From a virus (lineage: Duplodnaviria > Caudoviricetes), in IMG/VR virus record IMGVR_UViG_3300012663_001151, positions 1-24,462 of that record: DNA of 24,462 nucleotides, one strand, 5' to 3'. Each line of letters opens with the position of its first letter. Positions within the stretch are counted from its first letter, which is position 1. The position numbers and the translations under genes are program-made. This document shows, piece after piece, positions 15,506 to 24,462 of this stretch. The notes under the pieces are model-generated. The model ran no database searches. It was not told the DNA's origin and saw nothing but the letters and a program-made list of their open reading frames with translations.

Positions 15506-17427
15506 TAAATTATTACCTCTACAGAAATAGTTCCGGCTACCCAGTTAGGGCTTAAAGATATAACTTGACCATCTTTACCAGAAGTTAAACCAAATCTATT
15601 ATGCGTAATATTTACAGCTTGACCTAGTTTAAGGGATAATAGTTTGCTAGTACCTGTAAAACTGTAAACAATTTTAGGTACTTTCCAATAATCATTAATA
15701 GATTGGGCTAACTCTGCGGAATCTATTCCTTTGATTAGAGCAGTTTCTAATTGCAGTGGTGTAGAATCTAATTTGTAATCAGATTGCACAGTTGAATCCA
15801 CAACAGTAATTGAAAGCCAGGGCTCTTGAAATATTCTGTTATGATTAGCAGGCAGTGTTGATGCTAAAGTTGTTTGCGGAGTATAATTCTTACAATAAGC
15901 TACCTTAGTAGCTGCTATAACATTAGTTTTACTAGATACTTGTAACGAGTGGTGTAATATATCATTATCAGTAATATTTACTTTTGTATCTACAGTAGGA
16001 ACACCAAGTTGTAATAACTGTAGTAATCCTATACGGTTCATAAATAAACTAGCATCGGCACTATCTGCAATAAATTTACATGCCTGAAGTGTATTAGTTC
16101 TGTCACTAATAGCAATACCTATAGGTTGGGTATTATTGGCTGCAAAAGCACTAAAATTAGCTAAGTCAATATCTGATCCTGACAGTCTTACAGATGCTAG
16201 TCCATATTGCGTAACTATTAATGCAATTATGTTAGCTATATTATTAACATAGGTACCTTCTACTAAAGTACCGGTACTTAAATTTATAGATCTTTTTGCA
16301 CCTTGTATGCTAGCAGTTACGGTTCCACTTGGTGGTTTAGTTAATTTAAATTTACCAGTATCATAATTAATAACTGCACCGTCTGGTCTCGGCACTCCTG
16401 CAAGTGTGTATACACTTGCATCTGTGTAGATTGGTACTCCATTATCTCTTATTTCAATTACTAACTCTGCGCTAGATACTTTTACTTGGGCTTGTACTAT
16501 TGCGGTAGTGACTGCGGACGCAGTACTTAAAGATACGGCAGCACCTCCACTAGTTGTGGATATTGTAAAAGTGGTATCACTATTAATAGTTTTAATGTAA
16601 TACGTAGTACCTGCAGATAATCCACCAAATACCGCAGTAATTGGTGTTAAGCCTGTCCCAGATACTACTACACTAGCAGTAAACACTACCGTGGCATTAA
16701 CTGTAAAACCTTTAGTGCTTGTACAAGTTATTAAATTTGTGCCTGCTGTTGTAGCCTTAATAGTTGTTCCAACATTAGTATCGTGAAACATATACTCTAA
16801 TTGGCTAGGATCTACTAGTATAGGACTTATATTAAATACTTCGCCAAAAATTAGAGGACGTATAGAATCTTGATTTGTTTGACCTTGGCCCCAAGTACCA
16901 TTAGTACCTAATTTATTATCTGTTAAAGGCTCATTTAATCTTTGTAGTTTATCTCGTACTTTAATATTAAGTACATCTCTACCGCTAGAATCTATATCTG
17001 ATACAATTCCATCGAATACTTTTTGAAAGCCTCCATTGGGAGTATCATGAATATCGTTAAGTGTCGTTAACTGCCATCTTGGATCACCAAGATACACTTG
17101 AATAGGTCTATTTGTCCAAATAAACTTAGTATTATCTAACCAATCATCTCTTTCACCATTTGTATTTGCTATCGCAATGTCACCAAATGACATTGTTAGT
17201 GAACCATCCAGAGATATGGATTCTGTTGTTTGTAAACTGCCTGTTAAAAATGGCAGATAGCTAGTTTGAGAGTCTCCTGAAACATAACCAATATTAGATA
17301 AGTATATAACATTTTCACTACCTGCAGTACCATATATACCTTGCAAGTCTTTTACCGTTATTTCTACTAATATTCCACGTATGCTTGTAGGATCTTCAAG
17401 CCAGGCTTGAGTATAATTTATTGCCAT
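15505..17427 (-). CDS. Baseplate hub/Tal-like tail-tip protein
   Basis: 640 aa, first gene after the TMP; SD AGGAG at 17433-17437. Motifs GDIAIANTNGERDDW, RPIQVYLGD, PLIFGEVFNISPILVD, and a hub-like ending LKLGQAVNITHNRFGL..GKDGQVISL. Confidence 0.68.
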   Translation of the reverse strand: MAINYTQAWLEDPTSIRGILVEITVKDLQGIYGTAGSENVIYLSNIGYVSGDSQTSYLPFLTGSLQTTESISLDGSLTMSFGDIAIANTNGERDDWLDNTKFIWTNRPIQVYLGDPRWQLTTLNDIHDTPNGGFQKVFDGIVSDIDSSGRDVLNIKVRDKLQRLNEPLTDNKLGTNGTWGQGQTNQDSIRPLIFGEVFNISPILVDPSQLEYMFHDTNVGTTIKATTAGTNLITCTSTKGFTVNATVVFTASVVVSGTGLTPITAVFGGLSAGTTYYIKTINSDTTFTISTTSGGAAVSLSTASAVTTAIVQAQVKVSSAELVIEIRDNGVPIYTDASVYTLAGVPRPDGAVINYDTGKFKLTKPPSGTVTASIQGAKRSINLSTGTLVEGTYVNNIANIIALIVTQYGLASVRLSGSDIDLANFSAFAANNTQPIGIAISDRTNTLQACKFIADSADASLFMNRIGLLQLLQLGVPTVDTKVNITDNDILHHSLQVSSKTNVIAATKVAYCKNYTPQTTLASTLPANHNRIFQEPWLSITVVDSTVQSDYKLDSTPLQLETALIKGIDSAELAQSINDYWKVPKIVYSFTGTSKLLSLKLGQAVNITHNRFGLTSGKDGQVISLSPNWVAGTISVEVII

Positions 17428-17452
17428 AAGCGCTCCTAGATCAATCTACTAT

Positions 17453-17481
17453 ATTATACTCGTTTAAGCATATTTAGTCAA
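17453..17481 (-). promoter_or_regulatory. Near-consensus sigma70 promoter for the tail-tip genes
   Basis: Minus strand reads TTGACT (17481-17476), 17-nt spacer, TATAAT (17458-17453). An A-rich UP-like tract (AAACAAAAATT) lies upstream; AGGAG and the ATG at 17427 lie downstream. Confidence 0.9.
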
Positions 17482-17501
17482 GCATAATTTTTGTTTGGCA
17501 C

Positions 17502-17528
17502 AAAAAAAGCCCCAGCAAAGCTGGGGCT
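17502..17528 (-). terminator. Rho-independent terminator after the tape-measure gene
   Basis: Perfect 9-bp stem AGCCCCAGC/GCTGGGGCT (17508-17516 / 17520-17528), 3-nt loop, then a T-run on the minus strand (A7 at 17502-17508 on plus); 5 nt after the TMP stop. Confidence 0.93.
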
Positions 17529-17533
17529 GATTT

Positions 17534-20500
17534 TTAAGCTATTACAACTTGAGAACGTTCTTTCCACGTCTGTTGTTTAATAGCATTTTCTGTAACATTA
17601 GAAACTGCTTGCGCATTTTTCTGGTTAGCATCGTAGTTACTTTGAATAATATGTCCAGTTTGTTCCTTTTGTTCCGAACGTAATTGGGACATTTCATCTC
17701 GTAAAGCTTTTAATTCTGCAACTAATGCAGTATTATCTCCAAATGCAGCAGTTTGTCCAGCAGTATAAACTCTACCTGGTGAGGCAAAATCTACTAGCTC
17801 TGGTCCATTCTCTCCAACCATGTTCACACCACGGTTAGCTACTCCACCCATAGCAAATCCTTTTACCTTTGTAGGTAGATTTGCTAGTATGCCTGTTAGC
17901 TCTTGAGTTAGCAGGCTAGTAGCGGTAGCTGATGCAGTCTCATAACTAACTTGGTTAGCTATAAATTCTGTCATTAAGGTTGCTGTTGTTTTGGTATTTT
18001 CGTCAATAGTAGTTAAATAACTAACACTATCAGTTAATGCGGTTAATTGTTTTTCAGAATCTGTTTGTTGAGTTGTTAGCTGTTCAGTAGTAGTATCAAG
18101 TAAGTTATTTACCCAAGAGTAATCAGCCTGATATTGATCACCACTAGCATAAGATGTTTTTGATTGACTTAAAAATTGATCTATTAGATTTGGTAAACTT
18201 GAAACAGCTTTATCTCTTGCTGCAATTTCTGATTTACTGGCATCTGCTCCAAGTGTTTGCTGTGCTAAACTTGCTGCTGACTCTAGTTGACCTTTAGAAG
18301 CTTGATAAGCTTCTTGTGGTGTTAGATTACCTTTATCACCCATCTGTAGATTTTTCTTGTAATCTTGTAAAACTGTAACCTGAGATTTTAAACTATCAAT
18401 GGTACCAGTAATTGCAGATTTTACTTTATCGTAAGAACTTTGTAGTTTATCTTTTGCAGCTGCCTCATCTTGTAGAGCATAGATATATAGTTGATTTGGT
18501 TTTAATAAATCATCCATTGCATCTAATTCACGCTGTCTAGTAAGTGTTAGAGCTTTTGCTTTGCTTAAGTCATCACCTTTAAGAGCAAGTATAGTACTTA
18601 ATTGATCTTGTTGTGCCTTTTTAAGTTCTGTTTCAGCTAACTTATTGACTTCTTCAGTTATTGAAGCAAATGCTGGACCTAATCTAGTCATTTGTGCCCA
18701 TAAATCTGCAGTAGCAGGGTTAAGAGGGTCAAGAGTTTTTCTAAGATTATCAAATTCTTGTCTAGTAGTAATTAATGATTTGCCGCCAGATTGAAGTGCT
18801 GGGAATAACTCTATTAATTTCTTATTAACGTTATCACGTACCGGAGCTAATCTCTCAGCTTCGGTAAGCATACTGTTACCATATTTATCAATAGCAGCAA
18901 ATAGTTCTTGAGATCCGCCAAATGCTTTTACTAAGCTTTGTTCTGCTGATCTCTGATTCATTGCACCTCCAGTACTTCCGCCAGAATTATCTACATAAGC
19001 TTGGCCAATTGATTGGAAAGCAAACTTAATCTGTTCTGAATCACCTTGAACTCTAAAAGCAAATTCAGACAGGGTTTCTCCAAAGTTTTGAAATTTACTA
19101 GCTAAACTCTCTATTCCTGGGAATACTGATTTGACTGCTGTGTCTAGTTTATTTCCAAGCTCTTGTTCAACCCTTTTAGCAAAGTCAGCGCTAGTTTCAC
19201 CAGTTTGATAAGCTGTAAAGCTAATATCCATTTGATCAATAATGGGTTTTAGTAATCCACCGTTTTGGCCAAATGCTGATGCTGATGCTTGAATTGCTGT
19301 TCTAAAACTACCTACTGTGGCTTGTATGAATTCTCTTGCATCATTAGATACTTCTGTTTCTGTACGATCTATGCTGGTACGAGTTTTAAGCCCCCACCAC
19401 TTACTAGTCTGTATTCTAATATCTTCAAACTTTTTAACAGATCCTCCCAGCCCATCAGCAATTTCGCCAATAGTACCAGATATAATTACACCACTAGCTG
19501 CTAAACTGGTTGCGCTGGAACTAAAGCCTAAGAATCCACTTTTCTTATTTAGCTCTACTCCGCCTGCGGTCATATCGCCCATTTTACCAGTTGCTCCGAT
19601 TGATTTTACAAAGTTTTCAGTATTATCTCTAATAGCTTCTAAAGCTACTAGAGCTTTATTTTTATCAAACTGTAGGTTTTCGTAGTTAATTTTAGCTAAA
19701 TAATCAATACTTTTTGCTATACCTTCATTAGCTGCTTTAGCATCACCTAAAGCGCCGGTACCTGTTGCTTCTAGTTTACCTGCGGCATTATAACGCATAC
19801 CAGTACCACTAACTGCGGCTAGTTCTTCAGGAGTTGGTCCTGGTGGTTTTTCATCACCAAGCCCAAGTAGCTTATATACAGCAACTGCTGCTAATACATA
19901 AGGGCCTGCAGCCATTAAACTTGCACCTAATCCACCTGCTCCTGCTGCTCCTGCTGTGGTTCCTGCTGCTCCTACTGCTGTAGTACTGGCTCCTTGGCCT
20001 ACTGCAGCAGCACCTGCTTGACCTAGACTCATATCTGTGGCACCAGCATCTATTACAGCACCTGCTCCAGATCCCGATTTGCCAAAACCAAACATTTTAC
20101 CCAAGCTACCAAACATTGAGCTTCCAGTATCCGTGGCGTTTTTAGTACCAGTTAAAGCCATTTCTGCTTTTGTACTAGTCATTCTAACAACCCAGTCCTT
20201 TAGGAACATAGCTTGTTGAAATACCATACCTGCAATTTTCATTAAGTGAAAGGCTTTTTCTAAACTCATCAACTGTTTATAAGCTTTACTATCTTTATCA
20301 AATAAATTTGCAGAAGCACTAGCTATACCAGCGGCTCCATCAAGTTTACTTGCATAGTATTTTGCATCTAACTGATTTAGATTTGTTATATCTCTTTTCT
20401 GATCTTCTGCTGTTTTTCCTGCTTTGTCTGCTACAGCTTTTTCAGCATTAAGTCTTTCGATATTATATTTTTCTGTTATTGTTGCAGTTTGTGCAAATAA

Positions 20501-23500
20501 TTTAATTATATCTCCAAGAGCCTTACCTGCATCTGTTAATCCTGCTGCAAAACTTTTTGCGGCTGAGTCTGCCATTTCTGTATAGAAGGCTTGGTCTTTA
20601 GATAGCTGGTTTAGTTTAGCTTGTTGTTCCCCGATCTGAAATGCGTACTGTAGTTCTTGTTTTTTAAGCGTATTTAAAGCACCTTGTTCAGCTATTCGTC
20701 TATTTGCAGCACTAGTGGCTTCACTATCTTGTAGGGCAGTATTGTCTCTTGTCTCTTGGGCTGCTTTTTCTTGACGTTTTTGAAGATCATCGAGATTCTT
20801 TACTTGTTGAGCTATACCAGTATCAATAACATCTTGGGACTTAGATCCTGGTATATCTTGTCCAGGTATAGAAACTGGTGTTTTTCTAAGTTTGTCAATC
20901 TCTTCTTGGGCTTTACGTGCTGCTTCTACTCGCTCAGTTTCTTGCTTTCTATTGAGTTCAGCTAAAGCACTGTTTAGCTGATCTGCTCTAGTTAGTTTAG
21001 CAGCAAATTCTTCTTCTTGAATTTTTTTCTCTGCTTTACTTTGAAGATCTAGTTCTTTCTCAAATCTATCTTGGGCAAGTTTTGCTGTCATTCTGGCAGC
21101 TGTAGTTTCAGAAATTCTACCTAAAGTTAGTTTTGCTTGAATTAACTTATCTTCTGCATCTAGTTTAATGAGAGCTATCTTATTAGCACTTTCTATTTCT
21201 GAAAAAGCTAAATCTGCTTGTCTCTTACGTATTGACTCTAAACCCTCTAACCTTAGTTTTTGATTTTTAATGTTGACGTTGGCAACATCAGCCTCGTACT
21301 TCATCTGAGTCTGAGCTATTTTTGCTGTAGACTGTGATAGTGCCTGTTGTGCTATTAATATTGTTTCGGGGTCGGATTTAGAATCTGCTCTGAGTTTATT
21401 TAATCGATCTTGTAGTATAATTTGATTTTGTAATTCTGCATTAGACTGTTTATCAAAAGTAAGCTTTAGGTTACTTAATTCTATGCTAGCTTTCTGCTGT
21501 TGTACAAAGTCTAAATATAAACTAGTAGTAGATTGGATTGCTGATAAGCTTTCGGTATTAATTGTATTATTTAATAACTGGAAATCTTTTAAGTAATTGA
21601 ACTGTGCAATTTTTGCATTTTTCAGTTCTTGGATATTTTTAAGATCCAGTATTTGAACATCCATTGCAATCTGTTTTTCTTTATCAGCTAGATCGTTTCT
21701 AAACTTTAGTACGCTGGCGTTAGCTGTAGCTAGTGTTTTTGGATCTTTTGCTTTACTAGCACGCATCTCTGCGTCTCTTACTTGACCAACTATGCTTAGT
21801 CTCTCTTTTTCTTGTGCAAGATCTGTAATACTACGCTCAAGACTTTGTTTTTGCAATACTGCAGCTTCGCTTTCATACTGAGAACTTTGAACAAGAAGAC
21901 CTAATTCTGCGGACTTTAAGCTTAAACCTTTTGATACTAAATCGTTACGACGAATAATTCCATCAATATCAAGTAATATTTTTTTACCTTCAGCATCAAT
22001 CTGTATGCCTTGTTTTTTAGCTGTGTTTAAAGCTAACTGTGATCTTACTGACTCTGTCATAGATACAACAGGATAATTCATTTGGGCAGCTTGTTTTGCA
22101 ATAGGGTCTTTACCCTGTAAATCTTTCATAAGATTAGCGAAGGTTATTTCTTCTTTAGATCTTTCTAATACAATTTTTCTTTCTGTGAGTCTACTTGACT
22201 GCTCTTTAAAATTAGTAGCGTCTGGATTTAGGTTAGCGCGCAGAGTTTCTATTAAAAATTCTTCCTGAACTTTAGCTAGATCACTGGTAGCTTTTGCTAA
22301 TTGAAGCATTGCAGTAAGACTATTTGATTCAACATCTATTTGTTGTTTTGCTAAATCTGCTAATGCGTCTATTCCTTGTTTGGTATTTCCGGCGTTAGCT
22401 AAAATTGTTTGAGATAGTGCAATATTTGCTTTAGCAAACGCTTGGCTGATAGAAACTTCCATCTTTTTAGCACCGCTAATAAACATCTCATCTTGAGCTC
22501 TAAGGAAAAGTTTTGGATCGTCTTGTTTAAGAGTTTCAGCAGCAATCTGCTCTTTAATATTTGCTACATTTTGCCTAGCTCTAGCTGTATTAGCAGATGT
22601 TGGGTTATCTTTAGCAAAATTTGCTTCAGCTACTTTTGCTAGTTCTAGTTTTTCTGTTAACTTAGCTACTTTTTTGGCAGATTCTTCTACCTTTTGAGCA
22701 TATTCCAGCATATCACGTTGAGTTCCTGGAGATAAGAATCTCAACCTAGACATATCTGTAGCGGTTTTACTTAGTTCTGCTATTCTATTCTTAGGATCTT
22801 GGAAGGCTTTGCTCATTGCTATACCAACTTTAACAGTCTCATCACCTAATTTTCCAAGAGGGTCTGTTATAGTTAAACTAGTTACTAAATTATCAAAACT
22901 TTTTGAAGCAGCTGTCCATGCCTCATCAAGTGTTTTACCAGCAGATGCTGCATTATTCATAGATTTACTAGCTTCTTCTAAAGCTTTTTGTAATCTTGGC
23001 TGTTTAGCAATTAAAGCATCTGGAATTTCACTTAATTGTTTTTGTAAATCTGCTGCATCTTTGTAGGTTATACCAAGTATACCTTTAATACTATCTTTGA
23101 AAGCTTGTTCCGCAGGGCTGCCTTCTATTATCTTAGATCCTGCTGTTATAGATTCTTGTACGCCATCAGCTAATTGTTTACTTAGCTTACTTTTATCAGT
23201 ATTTGTAAGTGTGGTATTTGTAAATAAATTACCTAAAACTTTACCTAGTCTTAAGTCTTCAAATTGATCTGCGTATCCGCCTCCAGCAATTTTTCGTGAG
23301 GCTTCTTTATTACGTTTTGTAAGTAATACTAGACTTGAACTCAATTCATTTATAGAAGCTGCTTTAGCTTGTACTGTTGCATTACTAATTTGTTCTAAGA
23401 ATGGTTTCTTATCTACTGCGTCTAGTACGTCACCGACTGTCTTAATTGCTCCGGTAACTCCTTCAAACGCTTTGCTAGAAGCTTCTACTTCTTTACTAGC

Positions 23501-24462
23501 TGTTCTAAAGTGGTCTATTAAAAATGCTACACCAGATACAACTGCTGTGATTGCTATAATCCAAGGTGCAAAAGCATTAATTAATGTGCCTATTGTAGTA
23601 CCTAGAATAGCTATTACTCCAGTTGCTCCAACTATGGCTGCTCTAAATCCATTAATTGGTGGAACTTGACGCATTAGTCCACCACCAACATCAATCGTAT
23701 TACCTTTAGATCTAAGTGTATTAATCTCTTCGCCTAATTGTGAAAATGCCGCTCTCATTCCGTAAGCACCTTGAATCTGACTTACGGTATACTTTGAGCC
23801 GCTTACAGCAGCATCTTGATACATTCTATTACGAATTTTATTAGTTACAGTTTCATGACCTAATGTGCTAGTTGCTCGTTTTGCTGATTCTTGAGCAGCT
23901 GCATCCGCAATTTTATTTGCTTCAGCCATTAGTATTTTCTGCTCATCTAGAGACTTTTTAGCAAAGCCTGTTTCTGCTAAATATTTTTTGCGTGCACGTT
24001 CGCCTACAACTTTTTCGTCGTAATCATATCCTGCTTCGCCTTGAATCTTCTGCATATCAGAAACTTTTTTCAAGTTTTCTGCATTTACTGCTTCAAGTCC
24101 TTTTCTGTACTGTCCTAGTGCTGGTATAGCTTGTTTTAGTAATATGCCAGCAATACCTGTAAGTGCTAATGCTAATCCTGTTGGACTTTTTGCTAAACTT
24201 GAGGCTAAGGGTCCTAGTACGGTATTTACTAGCTCTAGACCAGTCTGAGCTACGTTAGCTAAACTTGCTGACAGTTGCGTATAGGGATTAGTATCAATAT
24301 TAATTGAACTAAATTTTCTTTCACCTTCTTCTAGTACAGCATTAGCAAACGCCTGCTTCTTTTCAAAGTCAGTTAAGGCACTAACGGTTTTACCTAGTTC
24401 TCTAGCGTATTTTTCTTGAGAAGGAATAACCCTGGCCATAATACCAAGTTCGTCTAATAGTT
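17534..24462 (-). CDS. Tail tape-measure protein, 5'-truncated by the window (>2308 aa)
   Basis: The frame stays open upstream of Met 24439 (LLDELGI-MARV...), so the listed start is internal. Ala/Gln/Lys/Glu-rich helical sequence with hydrophobic segments and a typical TMP ending FAMGG......MVGENGPELV.F..PGRVY. Confidence 0.95.
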   Translation of the reverse strand, partial: LLDELGIMARVIPSQEKYARELGKTVSALTDFEKKQAFANAVLEEGERKFSSINIDTNPYTQLSASLANVAQTGLELVNTVLGPLASSLAKSPTGLALALTGIAGILLKQAIPALGQYRKGLEAVNAENLKKVSDMQKIQGEAGYDYDEKVVGERARKKYLAETGFAKKSLDEQKILMAEANKIADAAAQESAKRATSTLGHETVTNKIRNRMYQDAAVSGSKYTVSQIQGAYGMRAAFSQLGEEINTLRSKGNTIDVGGGLMRQVPPINGFRAAIVGATGVIAILGTTIGTLINAFAPWIIAITAVVSGVAFLIDHFRTASKEVEASSKAFEGVTGAIKTVGDVLDAVDKKPFLEQISNATVQAKAASINELSSSLVLLTKRNKEASRKIAGGGYADQFEDLRLGKVLGNLFTNTTLTNTDKSKLSKQLADGVQESITAGSKIIEGSPAEQAFKDSIKGILGITYKDAADLQKQLSEIPDALIAKQPRLQKALEEASKSMNNAASAGKTLDEAWTAASKSFDNLVTSLTITDPLGKLGDETVKVGIAMSKAFQDPKNRIAELSKTATDMSRLRFLSPGTQRDMLEYAQKVEESAKKVAKLTEKLELAKVAEANFAKDNPTSANTARARQNVANIKEQIAAETLKQDDPKLFLRAQDEMFISGAKKMEVSISQAFAKANIALSQTILANAGNTKQGIDALADLAKQQIDVESNSLTAMLQLAKATSDLAKVQEEFLIETLRANLNPDATNFKEQSSRLTERKIVLERSKEEITFANLMKDLQGKDPIAKQAAQMNYPVVSMTESVRSQLALNTAKKQGIQIDAEGKKILLDIDGIIRRNDLVSKGLSLKSAELGLLVQSSQYESEAAVLQKQSLERSITDLAQEKERLSIVGQVRDAEMRASKAKDPKTLATANASVLKFRNDLADKEKQIAMDVQILDLKNIQELKNAKIAQFNYLKDFQLLNNTINTESLSAIQSTTSLYLDFVQQQKASIELSNLKLTFDKQSNAELQNQIILQDRLNKLRADSKSDPETILIAQQALSQSTAKIAQTQMKYEADVANVNIKNQKLRLEGLESIRKRQADLAFSEIESANKIALIKLDAEDKLIQAKLTLGRISETTAARMTAKLAQDRFEKELDLQSKAEKKIQEEEFAAKLTRADQLNSALAELNRKQETERVEAARKAQEEIDKLRKTPVSIPGQDIPGSKSQDVIDTGIAQQVKNLDDLQKRQEKAAQETRDNTALQDSEATSAANRRIAEQGALNTLKKQELQYAFQIGEQQAKLNQLSKDQAFYTEMADSAAKSFAAGLTDAGKALGDIIKLFAQTATITEKYNIERLNAEKAVADKAGKTAEDQKRDITNLNQLDAKYYASKLDGAAGIASASANLFDKDSKAYKQLMSLEKAFHLMKIAGMVFQQAMFLKDWVVRMTSTKAEMALTGTKNATDTGSSMFGSLGKMFGFGKSGSGAGAVIDAGATDMSLGQAGAAAVGQGASTTAVGAAGTTAGAAGAGGLGASLMAAGPYVLAAVAVYKLLGLGDEKPPGPTPEELAAVSGTGMRYNAAGKLEATGTGALGDAKAANEGIAKSIDYLAKINYENLQFDKNKALVALEAIRDNTENFVKSIGATGKMGDMTAGGVELNKKSGFLGFSSSATSLAASGVIISGTIGEIADGLGGSVKKFEDIRIQTSKWWGLKTRTSIDRTETEVSNDAREFIQATVGSFRTAIQASASAFGQNGGLLKPIIDQMDISFTAYQTGETSADFAKRVEQELGNKLDTAVKSVFPGIESLASKFQNFGETLSEFAFRVQGDSEQIKFAFQSIGQAYVDNSGGSTGGAMNQRSAEQSLVKAFGGSQELFAAIDKYGNSMLTEAERLAPVRDNVNKKLIELFPALQSGGKSLITTRQEFDNLRKTLDPLNPATADLWAQMTRLGPAFASITEEVNKLAETELKKAQQDQLSTILALKGDDLSKAKALTLTRQRELDAMDDLLKPNQLYIYALQDEAAAKDKLQSSYDKVKSAITGTIDSLKSQVTVLQDYKKNLQMGDKGNLTPQEAYQASKGQLESAASLAQQTLGADASKSEIAARDKAVSSLPNLIDQFLSQSKTSYASGDQYQADYSWVNNLLDTTTEQLTTQQTDSEKQLTALTDSVSYLTTIDENTKTTATLMTEFIANQVSYETASATATSLLTQELTGILANLPTKVKGFAMGGVANRGVNMVGENGPELVDFASPGRVYTAGQTAAFGDNTALVAELKALRDEMSQLRSEQKEQTGHIIQSNYDANQKNAQAVSNVTENAIKQQTWKERSQVVIA

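Noticed and set aside
14091-23669. Small plus-strand ORFs inside the central fibre and TMP genes
   Set aside because: Fully nested antisense to long, well-supported genes and no recognisable motifs.
24437-24439. Listed Met start of the TMP
   Set aside because: The frame is open to the window edge through the LLDELGI motif, so this Met is internal.

Overview
A 24.5-kb slice of a low-GC tailed-phage genome (siphovirus-type tail module). All real genes are on the minus strand. In transcription order: a 5'-truncated giant tape-measure protein (>2300 aa, T5 pb2-like N-terminal motif); a Rho-independent terminator followed at once by a near-consensus sigma70 promoter; a 640-aa hub/Tal-like protein; a 1161-aa central fibre with a gpJ-like C-terminus; two 'M..YG' tip proteins (581 aa with a LamG domain, and 305 aa); two AT-rich orphans; a 308-aa Dit-like protein; a 2455-aa mosaic long tail fibre (shaft repeats plus ~675 aa of collagen-like Gly-X-Y); and the start of a tail-collar-like gene missing from the ORF track. 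I see no RNA genes, CRISPR array, integrase, reverse transcriptase or defence system. The most notable patterns are repeated, sometimes nested, domain insertions into the tail-tip proteins, in-frame direct repeats bracketing the collagen block, and separate transcriptional control of the tail-tip cassette. Family assignments come from motifs recognised by eye, not from database searches.
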